In this document: positions 12,793 to 24,339 of the stretch, one piece after another
Layout of the letters: each line of letters opens with the position of its first letter
Position numbering within the stretch: position 1 is the first letter of the stretch
Assembly (NCBI RefSeq): GCF_018977255.1
Contig: NW_024704743.1
Span: 14,634,001-14,698,000 of the forward strand
Length of the DNA stretch: 64,000 nt
Origin: Callorhinchus milii
Lineage: Eukaryota
Reading direction: 5' to 3'
Notes under the pieces: generated by a model
What the model was told of the DNA's origin: nothing
The model's database searches: none
Seen by the model: only the letters and a program-made list of their open reading frames with translations
Translations under genes and position numbers: made by a program

Positions 12793-15089
12793 TTTGCCTG
12801 GAGAAAACAAGAATAAATTGATACTGTTAAAACACAACTGTTCACCTACCTCCCCTTCCCCATCTCCCCACCTACCCGTACCATTTTCTTTACTCATACT
12901 GTTGAGGCAAATATTTCTGATTGACATTTTTGGAAAAAGAAAGGATTAGATTGCGTTACATACCTACACACAACTGTGTAAAGTATTCAACATTTTTTGT
13001 AAAAATGCTTCATTGGATCTTGTGAACTGATCTATGAAAAGTTGCACCTGGATGCTCTGCTGTCACACTTTTGGTAACTGTTCTCAGCCGTCAAGGTGAT
13101 CTTGATGATCGATGGGTGTCATACAGACTGCTTTATCCAGATCGGTTCCCTTGCCATGACAGGCATATTTGTCATCTGCCTTTTACAGTACAGCACAGTA
13201 CACAATTTAAATTATATTAAAAATTGCAATATTTAACAGTATTTAAATTATATTGAAAAACTGCACCAGCCCAATGCTGAAGTGGAGCTTGTTCCAACAA
13301 TGAAGGTCTCATGGTTGTCAAGGTAACATAACTCTGCTAACATATAGGGATTTCTAGTACAGAGCAAAGAACCAATTCTGCTGACACAAAGCTTCACACA
13401 CTATTAAAATATTTAGCCATTCAGTTAGGAAAACCAAGTATCCACTAGATTTAAATGAATGATGTGCACTATACTTTGCAGCATCCGTTCTCACTGGACA
13501 AGACATGTTCTTTTTGCGGAGAAAATTTCAAGCAAATTGCTTTCAGATCAGCAAGTCTTTGATACGATACAAGATCTTCCCAATCATTAGAATTATTATA
13601 ATCAAAAATCTGGATTAATTACATTTTTGGATTAGTACTGAACCACATGTGCAAAGTAATGAAGCTGTAAAGCGCTTAAACGGAAAACTAGTGTTTTGTA
13701 ATTTATGTTATTTTCACGGTTTTCTACAAACATGTTCATCTCCGATAGTGTAAACCTTAGCTGTTTTGCAGCTGTAACTAATACAATAACTGAGTAATGC
13801 AGAACAGATCTTATTATGCTTCTGTTTACAATACAGACTACAGTAGTAGGCAACTAAATCAGTGTTACAGTATGTTGGAGCATTGGCGTTGAATACAGTC
13901 AATAAAGAAATTGAAATATTCTTGTCAGAACAATTTAGAAAAAGTCAATTTTCTGCTTAATGTGCTGAAGAGTAAAAGATGAACTATTTTAATTAATCTT
14001 GGAGGTCACTAGACCACAACACCACAGTCAACTTCTACACCGTAGCTGATATTTAAATCATTTTTACTCCTTGATTACCAAGAAGGTTGGTTATGAAGTG
14101 CAATCTAACATGCAATGTTGCAAAATCCTGCACAAAAAAGTGAACACACATTTCTTACCTCAGATAAATTTCAGCTACTAGGTTCTTTGACAAATTTCAG
14201 TCGGATACTGCTATGTAACTGCCTTCCTGGAAGACATGATTTTCCCCCTTCTCCCCCGTTGCTCACAAGGATGAGAGCTCACTCCACCCACACACACAAC
14301 TGCTAAGTCTACTGTAGCTATGTGATAACCATCCTCTTGCTCCCAACCAGTTGTGGTCATGACGCTACAGAGGCAGATGATTGTCTGATGTGAAACCATT
14401 GGTCATTGGATTTTTAAAGAGCTGCTTCACCTGCAGCTAGCTGCCGTATTCATTCACAAGGCTGCAGCAGTCAGCCGACACACAGAAATACAGCAGCTTA
14501 TGTAGCTTCAGAGCAGAGATGAAAATAGATAAGAAACTGGTCCCTGAGAGAACTGGGCTGATAATAATAGTTTGAAGGTTTTTTAAAATGTACCATTCAC
14601 GTACAGCACAAATGCAAGACCAAAGTTGAAATAATCATAAAAGCTGAAATAACCATGAAAGCCAGTTCCTAAATACATCACTACTTTTTAATATAAAGCT
14701 GGTACCCATGGCAACACAAAGTCATTAGCACTCTAACATTAGCCTGAGGATAAGTATGCAGTTTTTTTCACTTTATAAAGCAATCAGAGGTTACAATAGC
14801 TAATGAGTGTCTTTTGTCCCTGCAATGAGGGTGAACCCTTGAACATTTAGTGGGCACAGAAAGCACAGAACAAATATCCAGTTCTGCTCCCATAAATGAG
14901 AGCAAGACAATTATCACCCATGGAATAAATAATTTCTTGTGTACCGAAGTCGCATAACAAACATCCTAAGCACAAGTCTCGAGATGCATTTGGTTACCTT
15001 AGGGGCAAAGCATCAAATAAAAATATTTTTTGTGTTTCTCCCATCGATGCCCTTCTTCAGTTAAAAAGGATTAGCATGTTTCAGAACAA

Positions 15090-15510
15090 GAGACTAACTG
15101 GTGCAGTTGGTTAGCTAGCACACCATCCCTTCAACTCAGGGTCCCGAGCTTCAATCCATCAGAGAGTGATGGGATGGAATTCTCCTTTGACTGTAAGGTT
15201 CTTATGTGAAATAAGCTTGGGTCAGTCTCAACCTTGTTCTTAATGGGTGTGGGTACACAGAACAAAACTATGCTTAATTTAGCACTACATTTCTAACCTC
15301 GCACAGACAAAATGGATGGCTGGTGCAGAAAGGGGAAAATAATCACACTAGCTCAGCAGAGGGTGCTCTTCTGAGATTGGGGTGAAGGCACATTATTGGA
15401 GCAGGTAGCAGGTCCTCTGCTATACCTGTTTGATGCAGACACTAAGCACATGAAGTTCCCATTACTGACATCTCTTGCCCAGATGAGCATAAGCAAAGCA
15501 AAACTCACCA
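15090..15510 (+). mobile_element. LF-SINE-like ancient SINE
   Basis: tRNA-like head, then blocks matching my recollection of the LF-SINE consensus (TATGTGAAAT..GTCTCA, CAAAAC...GCACTA, GGGTGAAGGCACATT, TGCTATACCTGTT). Confidence 0.65.
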
Positions 15511-15960
15511 AGAGAAAAAAGGCTTAAGAACAAGATTGTTTTCATCAACGAATGATAGTCTGAATGAAAAAGATTCCCCGCAATTAAAGACTAATACTGC
15601 CATGTAAAGTAATAGCAAGTATAAAAGGTGTGTGTGGGGGGAGAAGACAAAAGAAATATCCCCTAAATCAAACTTATATATCACACGTCATGTTTAATCT
15701 TCTTCCATTGTGTTTCTGAGGAAAACTCCTTCTATAGCTGATTTTAGAAACATAGAAATCATCAGCGCAGAAAGAGTCCACACCAACTGACAGAGCAAGG
15801 ATTTGTTAAGACTGACTTTTTGAAAGCACTTTTTATTTTTCAGTTACAGATCTAAGCAATGTCTCCAATTTTCAGGAAAGGCACTCTCCACAAATTTGTA
15901 TCTCAAATATTACAGAACATGATAAGTAAAGTACCCATCTCAAGTCCGTATGTACACGAC

Positions 15961-16348
15961 ATAATTGTAATCCTTGCGTTTGATATAGCGCATTATCATG
16001 TCTTTGAGACGTCTCAAAACGATTCACAGAATATATTGGAAAGTGAATTGACTGTATATTTTGGGGGGGGGGGGTGGGGGGGGGGAATTGCGGTTGTCAA
16101 TTGCAGACAGCAGTGACCCACAGTCATGGATTGAGTGACCAAACAATTATTATTATTTTTTTTGAAGGGATTATTACTCCCAGAAAAGCAATCTGCCAAT
16201 CGACTAACAACTGGGTTCCCACTTACTGCTAGGTAAACAGAGGCATAAAGAGTAAAGAAACTTGCCCAACATTTCACCCTGCCGGGAACCAAACCCAGGT
16301 CCTCTCGCTTGCAAGCCGAGTGATCTAAACACTAAGATACAGGACTCC
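15961..16348 (-). mobile_element. Young tRNA-derived SINE, full length (internal poly-G tract)
   Basis: Colinear with 8902-9264; GGAGTCC head ends at 16348. Confidence 0.92.
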
Positions 16349-17267
16349 TACATGGAGGAGAAGGAAGAGCCAGACAGTGAAACAACTCAGGTGGAGATGA
16401 TAAATTCAGAAATTTCCAAATAAAATGATTTTGATATTCCTGTTAATAGAAAGCTGTGGTAGTGACAATGCTTAACCATTAAGTTGAAACATCCGCGCTT
16501 TCCCCTGAGATTGAGAATATGCCTTTGCATCCTTATATTTTCTGCAGGGCTTGGTGCAGTCAATATCTCCTTATTGCACCTTCACAAATGCACTTACAGC
16601 AGAATGCCACAGACTTTTTGTGTTACCAGATATCAAACTCATTAATTTCACACCTTCACAAATTTCACCCAGCCATCCAATGTTTTAATTTTTAGAAACT
16701 ATAGAGGTCGCCTGTGGCGACCTACAATCAAAAGACTTTCCAATCTGACTGATTCTATTTTGATAGGACATCTGGTTGAGTAGAAGAAAGCAAAGCCACA
16801 GTGAATTGCTGATGGAATTTGACAGTTTATTTTTAGGAGATCATAAAAGGTTCATTTAGATAAAAAAAAGGTTTACCAAAAGGTTCTTTTACATTTTCGA
16901 GTATAGAGTCTCCCCTTTTCTTCAGTGAAGTTCTAAAAATATATCACCAGAAATATTCAATGATAAATTCACATTTCTGGAGCTGAGATTCATGTCACAG
17001 TGTCCTTATCACAAGTACTGAAGGTGAGGAACCTAATAAGTCTTTTGAAGACTCAAGAGATACTAAAGGCAAATCATCACCAAAATAGTGAAAAGATGGG
17101 CAATGATTAATTTTGATTTCTATGAAAAATGATAGCTCTGATTTCCTATTTTTATGATCACAATCCCAGGTTTTACTTCTACCCACACAGACACAATCTG
17201 CGGGTTATTTTGTTAATATCACCCCACACTCTCATATTTCTCCCTACATTTACGTTTGCTGAAATCT

Positions 17268-17545
17268 CAGAGGTGCCATCTTGCAGATGAGGTATTAAGA
17301 TAGATTTGATTAGCCTTTGGGTGGAGATTAAAGATCTTATAATCCTAGTCAAAAAGAGACAGGAGTTTCTCTTAGCGTCCTACCCAACAATCCTTCAGAT
17401 AAAATTGGACATTCACTTCTTGGCTGTTTGTTGGATCTTGCTGTGTACAAAATAGCTACAGGGCTCGTTTACAAACACACAGTCACTGCACTTTATGGGA
17501 AGCATTTGATACGGTGACGTTATGGGCACTAAATTAAATGCAAGA
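17268..17545 (+). mobile_element. Deu-domain SINE fragment (AmnSINE1/SacSINE1-like)
   Basis: GAGGTGCCATCTT...GGCTGTTTGTTGGATCTTGCTGTGTACAAAATAGCT core, then L2-type tail. Confidence 0.7.
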
Positions 17546-18439
17546 GATATTATGATGATCAAAATGTTAAACTTGACGATATCTACTTCATGATGGTTTC
17601 ACTCATATAATTTCACCACTTACAGTGAATATAAACCTTATCAGCAGAAGTGGAAGGAAGCTTTTACAGTACGGTTAGTCTGCAAAATCAGTCCTTACAC
17701 TTGACAATAATTACTTATGAAGTGCCTTGAGGTGATAAGGTACTATAAAAATGCATGTTCTCTTTTCCTTAAACCAAGCATCGTTCAAGTACACCTGAAG
17801 CAAGCTTGCAAAACAACAAAACATTTTAGAACAAGGGAGACAACTGGTAATGGTTGAACGTTTAAGACACATTAAAAGGTTACTTAGTCCACAAGGATTC
17901 ATTAACAATTAACCACCAATTAAAAACACTTGAACTGATTACAGACTGCAGTGCTAATTTAACAATAAGCATAATGCGTTCATATTACATTATAAGTGCT
18001 ATATTTGGGGATATGATTTTCTTCCACAAACAGCTAACTGGAGATAAACCTATGACTGACTATACTCCTGAATTCTAAAGTAGTACATTGCAATTTCTGT
18101 TGATCTGCAAAATAAAATATGTTTCACATCTGAAGAACGAGTAAACAATTCCCTCAAGGGCTTATTGCTAACAAACACACCAAGTACAGTAATTTTACAA
18201 ATGACTGTTCATTACTAGTGCTAGCTTGGTCAATTAATTAATGCATTTATTATGGCCCCTTAGATGGGAACATGCTATCTAAAACTAAAGTTTTCATTCA
18301 CACCAAGCATCAAACAACCAAAATCTTTCAAAACATTGCCCTTTCTAATAAAACTTCTAAAACTCAGAGATATTGAGGTCTGATTTGCGGTACTTATCAA
18401 CAGGATAAGGAAACCACCAACTTTACTTGCTGCATATAT

Positions 18440-18690
18440 TCAAAACAGGAAGTGATGTTGACAGTGACCTGGTGACGCTGAGTTGGTAAATTTTTATGAC
18501 GAAGGAAGCTAAATGGCTGCCTCCCTGGTCATGAGGTCGTTGCCGAAGTGTCAGTCATTGTCGCATGAAAACAGCAGCCGGTATATGGGAAGCAATCTGT
18601 GCGCAAGTGCAGTAAATAGGGTCCACAGGTCAACCGTGTGATTAGTAAATTTGCACTATAGTGAAACGAGCTATAACGGGGTTGTTACTG
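18440..18690. mobile_element. Tigger/pogo-like non-autonomous DNA transposon end
   Basis: Terminus GCTATAACGGGGTTGTTACTG|TA resembles the TIR at 32247-32266; partner TIR not found. Confidence 0.5.
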
Positions 18691-18957
18691 TATTAAGTCT
18701 TTGTTCACCAATAGATAAATAACCTGAATTATTATGCGTTCAAATTGCTGAAAGTTAAAACCTTTGGACGTTAAGGAGTTTACACTTTCTTTAAACTTCT
18801 TTAAAAATACCAGTTTCTAAATTTGGAAATTCACATGACAGTTCTATCAATTGGGTATCAGCCTGGTTCAGTTGGTAGCATTCTCTCCTCTGACTCACAA
18901 GGTTGTGGGCTCAAGCGCAGTTGGGGATTGAACTCACATAGTCTAAGATGACATTCC

Positions 18958-19275
18958 AATAATAATAATAATCCTTGCATTTGATATAGCGCTTTTCACG
19001 TCTTCGAGACGTCTCAAAGCACTTCACAAAATATACTGTAAAGTGAATTGACTGTATGGTTGTGGGCGAAACCCAGCAGCCAATTGTGCACAACAGTGTC
19101 CCACAAACAGTCGTGGATTGAAGTGACCAATTTTATTATTGTTTTTTTTCCTGAGGGTTTATTATCAGTCGTGTGGAGTAAGGAAACTTGCCCAAGGTCT
19201 CTCGCCCTGCCGGGAATCAAACCCAGGTTTCTCGCTTGCGAGGTGAGTGCTCTAACCACTGAGCTATAGGACTCC
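18958..19275 (-). mobile_element. Young tRNA-derived SINE, full length
   Basis: GGAGTCCTATAGCTCAGTGGTTAGAGC head, tail and (TTA)n. Confidence 0.92.
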
Positions 19276-19490
19276 ACAATGCAATGCTGGAGGTGTGTTG
19301 CAGCCCTTCGGACGAGACATTAAACTGATGACCCATCTGCCTGTTCAGATGGACATTAAAGATTCTATCACACTGCTCAAAAATTGAAAGGAGTTTCTCC
19401 CTGGCCAACAATTGCCAAATAAGATTGATCATCTGTTTCACGGTTGTTTGTGACACATTGTTATGTGTAATTAGGTTGCATTACAGTGGC

Positions 19491-20235
19491 AACAATAACA
19501 ACTTGGATTTATATAGCGCCCTCCACGCCGGACGGCGTCTCAGAGCACTTCACAGTAACGGATCCCGGGACCGAGCCAGGGGGAGGGGGAGGAAGGTGAC
19601 CAAAGGCGCGGTCGAAAAGAAAGGTCTTCAGCAGAGATCTGAAAATAGGAAGAGGGGGCGCGAGGCGAAGGGAGTGAGGAAGGGAGTTCCAGAGCCTCGG
19701 GGCGTAGTGGCTGAAGGCACCGCCGCCGAGGGTGGAGCAGAGGACTCGGGGGACAAGGAGGAGGCCAGACCCGGAGGAATGAAGGCAACAGGTACTGTTT
19801 TGAGGAGAGAGATCAGAGGGGGTGAAGAAGAATGGAGGGATTTGAAGACAAGGGTGAGGATCCTGAAGTTGATCCTCTCTGGGACAGGCAGCCAGTGCAG
19901 TCTGGCAAGGACTGGGGTAATCGGGGAGCGGAGTTTGGTGCGGGTGAGAATGCGGGCGGCAGAGTTTTGAATAATCTGGATTTTGTGGATGGTAGTGGAG
20001 GGGAGACCAGCGAGGAGAGCGTTAGAATAGTCCAGCCGAGAGGTGACAAAGGCATGGACCAGGTTTTCAGAGACAGGCAATGCGTCGGAGGTGGAAGAAG
20101 GCGGTGCTGGTGAGGGAAGGATAATTGGGGGTCGAACCTGACACCCAGGTTGCGTACGGTTTCGAAGAGTTTTAAGGGGCGGTCGGGTAGGTGGAGGAGG
20201 TGAGAACCATGAGATTTTAGACGTTGACGAGAGCC
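19491..20235 (-). mobile_element. L2 LINE 3' fragment (young subfamily)
   Basis: [21 protein letters not shown]...[13 protein letters not shown]...[15 protein letters not shown]; (TTG)n tail. Confidence 0.93.
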
Positions 20236-22269
20236 AAAAAGTATGGCATTACAATGGTGGCATTACAATGGTGCAAGTGGTGCAGTCGCGTTAGGGCCTA
20301 TGAGGTTGGAGGCCCAACCCATTGGCAGCAGAATGTTGTGGGGGCGGAAACATATTTGAACCAATTCGGAAATACTTATCTGTTTCCAGGGCTCAAAGTG
20401 GGCCAGTAAAGGCTGGTATGAGCTGGTACGAGCTGGTACAGCATACTGCCAGTTTTTTTTAATTCAGAGGCATCCCGTTCCTCTCCTGACGACTTCCTAC
20501 ATTCTGCTGATCGCAGTCGTCAGAAGAATAATTGTAAAGGTAAGCAAAATGTTAAGATTTTTGAATTGTTAAGGGGGCCCCTAACCTAGTCTTGTACCAG
20601 TCAGGACCCTGTGTGACCTTGGTCTGCCACTGGCCACATTTGCCTACAAATACACAGTCACTCCACTTCTAAGTAAAGCATGTGGGACATCCTCCCGCTA
20701 TACCAAATGGAATGATTTTTTTTACTATTATATGTATTATGATTCACACAAAGTTTAATATATGGACATAATATTTTAAATTTATAAATACAATTTCCAA
20801 ATTGAATACATTTATTAATTTAAAAATTCATAAACGAATGTAACACCCAAAAGCTGTGACATCCTTTCCTTTGAACACCATGCTTTCAATCTGCCAATCA
20901 ATCTGCTATGGATGGCATCTTAATAACCGATTGGATCATCACATCTGCTATTCAGAAATAACTATTCGTGTGTAACAGGCAATGAGGGTCATTAAGGATA
21001 TAATGGCTACTATTTGTTCACTGTCAAGTTAGTTTAATAGGCCTGATCACTGGACCAATAGGTTTTCTGGCATATAGTTTACACTGGAGGCCAAGGCTGC
21101 AAAACAATTCAACAAATCAAGAACTAACTCATTAAATTCAAATAACTCTCCTCACTTGCAAGGCGAGTGCTCCAACCACTAAGCCACAGGATTCCACCTT
21201 AGTCTCTGACTCATCTTATTCGGCATGTAGAGTGCGGGACAGTTTATTAGATCCTATTTGCACTGAATGTTCACTATATATTTAATTTCAATGAGATCTA
21301 TGTTGCAGGAATTTTTAATGGGAATTCTTAATATGAATTGTACAAATAGGAATTCTGGTCAGTACTTCCCACTGACCTGTGGAAACTGCTCTGAAGTTAA
21401 CTGCTTCCAGAGCAGAGTTTCTGCAAGTCAATAGGAATTCTCACAGAACTCATTACGTGAATCTCACCTTACAGGTCCTAGTATTTTCATATAGTATTTG
21501 TGTCACATAACATTCAAAACAGAGACTTTCTAATACTCAATATTCTAAGATGGGAAAAATATGTATTCGTAGCACAGAAAATAAAGTTTTTTTAAAAAAA
21601 AGATGATGTGGGTTCATATCTTTCTTCAATGTTATGTTTACAGCTGAATAAAAACATTTCTAAAACAGACCTTTGTTCCAAGTCACTAAAAGCAGCATCT
21701 TAAGGCATGCCCTAACGAATGAATAATTCATACAATGTGTTACAGTAGAATTCACAATGTGCAAAAAGAGTCTTTTGATCATGATCTCTGTCACTCTCAT
21801 TTTTCAAATGTTCACCATTTGACAGAATGTATGCATCATTGCATATTGTACCCTCCAGCTAGAATGGCAAAGTGAACCACTTTACATGCGACAGCAATTG
21901 CAAGCCAGTAGCAGAAGTTCTGGGTAAAATCAAATGCAAAGTGGGTAAGATGCATAACGTGGGTAAATCAGATCTTCTGAAGTTCAGTAAATGCCTCCCG
22001 ATTGTGAAGCTTCATTATTTTGTGCATTTTAGCAGGCACATTTCTACTTCTTTTCATCCCTCTATAAATTGCCGAAAGAGGTAGATCACAAACTGAAACC
22101 ACAATCCTTTTCAATGAGCTATGGGCACTAAGCGCTCTGAGATGCTACCCTGCATGGAGGGCGCTATATAAGTGCAAGTTGTTGCTGTTCTTCTTAATTG
22201 TGCTTTTATCACCAACATTTTCAAGATTAGTTAAGTGAGATATTTATATTTTCTTAAAAATAGACTTAG

Positions 22270-22325
22270 TTGAGCTCCTGTAATGCCCTAATGGACAAAG
22301 GCATTAGTACATGACAGGAGCTCAA
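22270..22325. repeat. 56-nt hairpin (24-bp arms, 3 mismatches, 8-nt loop)
   Basis: TTGAGCTCCTGTAATGCCCTAATG-GACAAAGG-CATTAGTACATGACAGGAGCTCAA. Confidence 0.85.
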
Positions 22326-22329
22326 ATAT

Positions 22330-22620
22330 TGGAGCTGGTCTTTGTTGTTACCTGAACCCAGCAGTGGAAGAGTAGAGGTGCTATAACTGGCCTCAACATA
22401 TCTTAGGAAAAAGAGTGCAAATATCAGCCAATAGTCCCACTTCTGATTATTCAGAGGCTCCTAAACTAGTTACATGGAGTCAAGTGAGGAGAGCATTGGG
22501 CTCAGCTATAATTCACCTCAACAATCATACACAGCCTGTTGACATTCAATGGCAGTGTACACACAAGAACTTTGCTTATTTGGGTGATGTACCTGTGCCA
22601 GTACCAGTAAAGAGAAGAAA
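22330..22620 (+). repeat. Old SINE-like repeat
   Basis: GCTATAACTGGCCTCA...ATCAGCCA block is similar to 26835-26920 and 55110-55290; 3' block is similar to 8645-8825. Confidence 0.5.
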
Positions 22621-23336
22621 GCTGGCGAGAAAAAATTATGACAGATTTCTGAGTGGACTTGATACCTCAAAGGGACAGCTCTGAGACCTCTAGATCCACA
22701 GCAGACACAAGTCATGCAATCCAAGATGCATTTCCTCTATTTCCTAGAGGCATGGATCCACGTCATAAAACTGCTAATAATTTATACTAAACTTACAATT
22801 TCACTCCAAGAAGCTCCAAGGACGGTTGGTGTGGAAAATGGAAATGTCACACTTGTCCAATAGAAATGTTGTTCTGATGCCAAATTTCAAGCTCATTGTG
22901 CGGCAGAAATAGAATCGGGTATCTCAATTCACTGCTCCTAACTGAAAGTGCTTGATATTGAAACAACCTATAAAAATATTCTATTCTTTTGCATTGACAT
23001 TCACCCTCGTTTGGATTAACAGAAAATTCAATTTTATAAAGTGATAACCAGATTCTGAAATCCAGAGAACATTCAGATTTTCACAAGTGGATATGATATG
23101 TTTTCTCAGGGCACATGAATAGTTAAGTGAAATATCTGTTAAGGTAACTGACACCACATATCAATGAATATGTTCTGGAAATACAATTTCCCTGCAATTA
23201 ACAAGAGATTATTTTAATCCCTGCAGTAATGCATTACAAACATCTTTAATAACCGTCCTCGAATGCTGAGCTGTTGTACTCAGTTATCAGCTTCCCACAG
23301 CAATCATAAAACTTCAAAACTTAAATATTATTCAAA

Positions 23337-23470
23337 ACGCAAAATACTGCAGATGCTGCAAATCTGAAACAAAAACAGAAGTCGCTGGGAACACTCAGCA
23401 GGTCAGGCAGCATCCATGGAGAAAGGAAAGTGAGTCAACGTTTCGGGTCCATGACCTTTCGTCAGAACCC
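23337..23470 (-). mobile_element. Penelope-like element terminal (pLTR) fragment with minimal hammerhead motif
   Basis: Minus strand reads GGGTT-CTGACGA-AAGGTCATGGACCC-GAAAC-GTT-GACTC...GATGCTGCCTGACCTGCTGAG; flanked by a 15-bp AT-rich duplication TAAATATTATTCAAA (23322-23336, 23480-23494); second copy at 35691-35872. Confidence 0.75.
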
Positions 23471-23849
23471 AAATATTATTAAATATTATTCAAATAATAT
23501 TTTATAAAGAAATAATAAATAATAAATAAATAATAAACAAATGTTTGTCACAAATCGTCATTACTGGTGACGAGTTATTTTTGTTTAAATCTAGAAAAGT
23601 ATAGTAGTAACAAACACAAACAAATAAATAAAAGGAGGTTTCTGTGAATGAGTGACACTCCCCAAAAGAGCTCAACAACAAATGAATATGTTTCAAAATT
23701 AACTAATTTGAGTAAAATTCAAAAGTTATGTGTGCACAGAAATAACATGTTGACTTCACCAACTGCTCAGAAAAATGTATCCAGTAAGGAACTACAATCT
23801 AAAGCTGAGAAGGTTCCTCGTTCCATCCCTGGACTGTGCTGAGTTTGTT

Positions 23850-24203
23850 GATTACTGCCAGAAAGCGATCTACCAATCAACTTGCAACAACAACAACAAC
23901 AACAAGATTCCATTTATAGAGCGCCTTTCACGTCGGGAGGACGTCCCAAGGCGCTGTACAGTTGGGTCAGGACCCGAGCAGGGGGGAAATGGTCAGGGTG
24001 AGGGGAGGGAAGGGAGGGAGGGAGCGAGGAGGGGGTAGAGAATCGAGAGGGGAGCCGAAGGCTCGGTCAAAGACCGGGTTCCAATTACTGCTGGGTAAAC
24101 AGAGGTGTGTGGAGTAAGGAAACGTGCTTAACGTGTCACCCTGCCTGGGAATCAAACTCATGCTTTTGAGCGAGTGCTCTAACCAATATGCTACAGGAGT
24201 TCA
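23850..24203 (-). mobile_element. tRNA-derived SINE 5' part interrupted by an L2 3' end (23886-24075)
   Basis: SINE head at 24076-24203; L2 tail with (TTG)n; SINE body resumes at ~23885-23850 (GATTGGTAGATCGCTTTC). Confidence 0.8.
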
Positions 24204-24339
24204 CAAGTCCTATATTTGAGTCCAGAGAATAAACATTAGCAGGCTATTCAGCCATGGGTTGGGAGACATCATAGCCAAACCTAAGCTCATCTTCTCCTCA
24301 AAAATTGGTCAGCCTGGGGCACAAGCCAGTCTAAGGTTC

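Larger units (their letters stand above)
18856..20730 (+). mobile_element. Deu-domain SINE split into three pieces (18856-18957, 19276-19480, ~20634-20730) by nested insertions
   Basis: Head, Deu core and tail are colinear with the intact copy at 54134-54510 once the inserts are removed. Confidence 0.7.

Noticed and set aside
23886..24203. SINE-head/L2-tail chimeric retrotranscript
   Set aside because: The SINE body resumes beyond the L2 (TTG)n tail, so this is a nested L2 insertion
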